Below, in pieces: positions 63,935-64,000 of a stretch of DNA of 64,000 nt. The notes under the pieces were generated by a model. It searched no databases and was not told the DNA's origin. It saw only the letters and a list, made by a program, of their open reading frames with translations. Position numbers and translations under genes: made by a program. Source of the stretch: Promethearchaeota archaeon (lineage in GTDB: Archaea; Asgardarchaeota; Lokiarchaeia; Sigyniarchaeales; SOKP01); assembly GCA_019058015.1 (NCBI GenBank), contig JAHLWH010000192.1, positions 302 through 64,301 on the forward strand. The letters are read 5' to 3'. Position 1 is the first letter of the stretch. Each line of letters starts with the position of its first letter.

Positions 63935-64000
63935 ATGAGCAACAAGGAAGATGAAATAATCTTTTTAGGATCGGGAGGTGGCCGTATTCATATTAGAACG
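63935..64000 (+). CDS. 5' end of an ORF running off the window (possibly MBL-fold hydrolase)
   Basis: 'MSNKEDEIIFLGSGGGRIHIRT' shows the beta-strand plus Gly-rich start seen in metallo-beta-lactamase-fold proteins. Only 22 codons are visible. Confidence 0.3.
   Translation, partial: MSNKEDEIIFLGSGGGRIHIRT

Overview
AT-rich (by eye ~30% GC) archaeal chromosomal segment. Archaeal hallmarks are two intron-containing tRNAs, an intein, and TrmB and Lrp regulators. Eukaryote-like proteins suggest an Asgard (Loki-type) archaeon, which is inference only: an E1 with a eukaryote-type catalytic-Cys motif, a UBC-fold E2, three Rab/Arf-like small GTPases with Roadblock or longin-like partners, and a GPN-loop GTPase. 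Layout: (i) 0.5-10 kb, a glycan-biosynthesis cluster (flippase-like protein, three glycosyltransferases, a GT-C membrane protein, and an intein-interrupted CDP-paratose-2-epimerase-like SDR). (ii) 10.3-17.1 kb, a decayed accessory patch with a GC-rich candidate ncRNA, two HEPN/nucleotidyltransferase pairs, IS630-type transposase fragments, pseudogenes and a duplicated gene junction. (iii) 17.1-24.9 kb, a Roadblock gene plus a longin-GTPase fusion, aspartokinase, a Rab-like GTPase and two sugar epimerases. (iv) 25.1-33.9 kb, one 2,927-aa ORF built from ~25 MIT-like three-helix modules at a 110-117-aa period, followed by an S8 protease and the E1 and E2 genes. (v) 39-64 kb, mostly housekeeping and metabolic genes, plus a HerA-like ATPase, a second GTPase fusion, an integrase remnant, and tRNA-Tyr and tRNA-Trp. 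The MIT-like array next to the ubiquitin-type enzymes is the strongest candidate for something undescribed. No CRISPR array, rRNA or ubiquitin gene was found.
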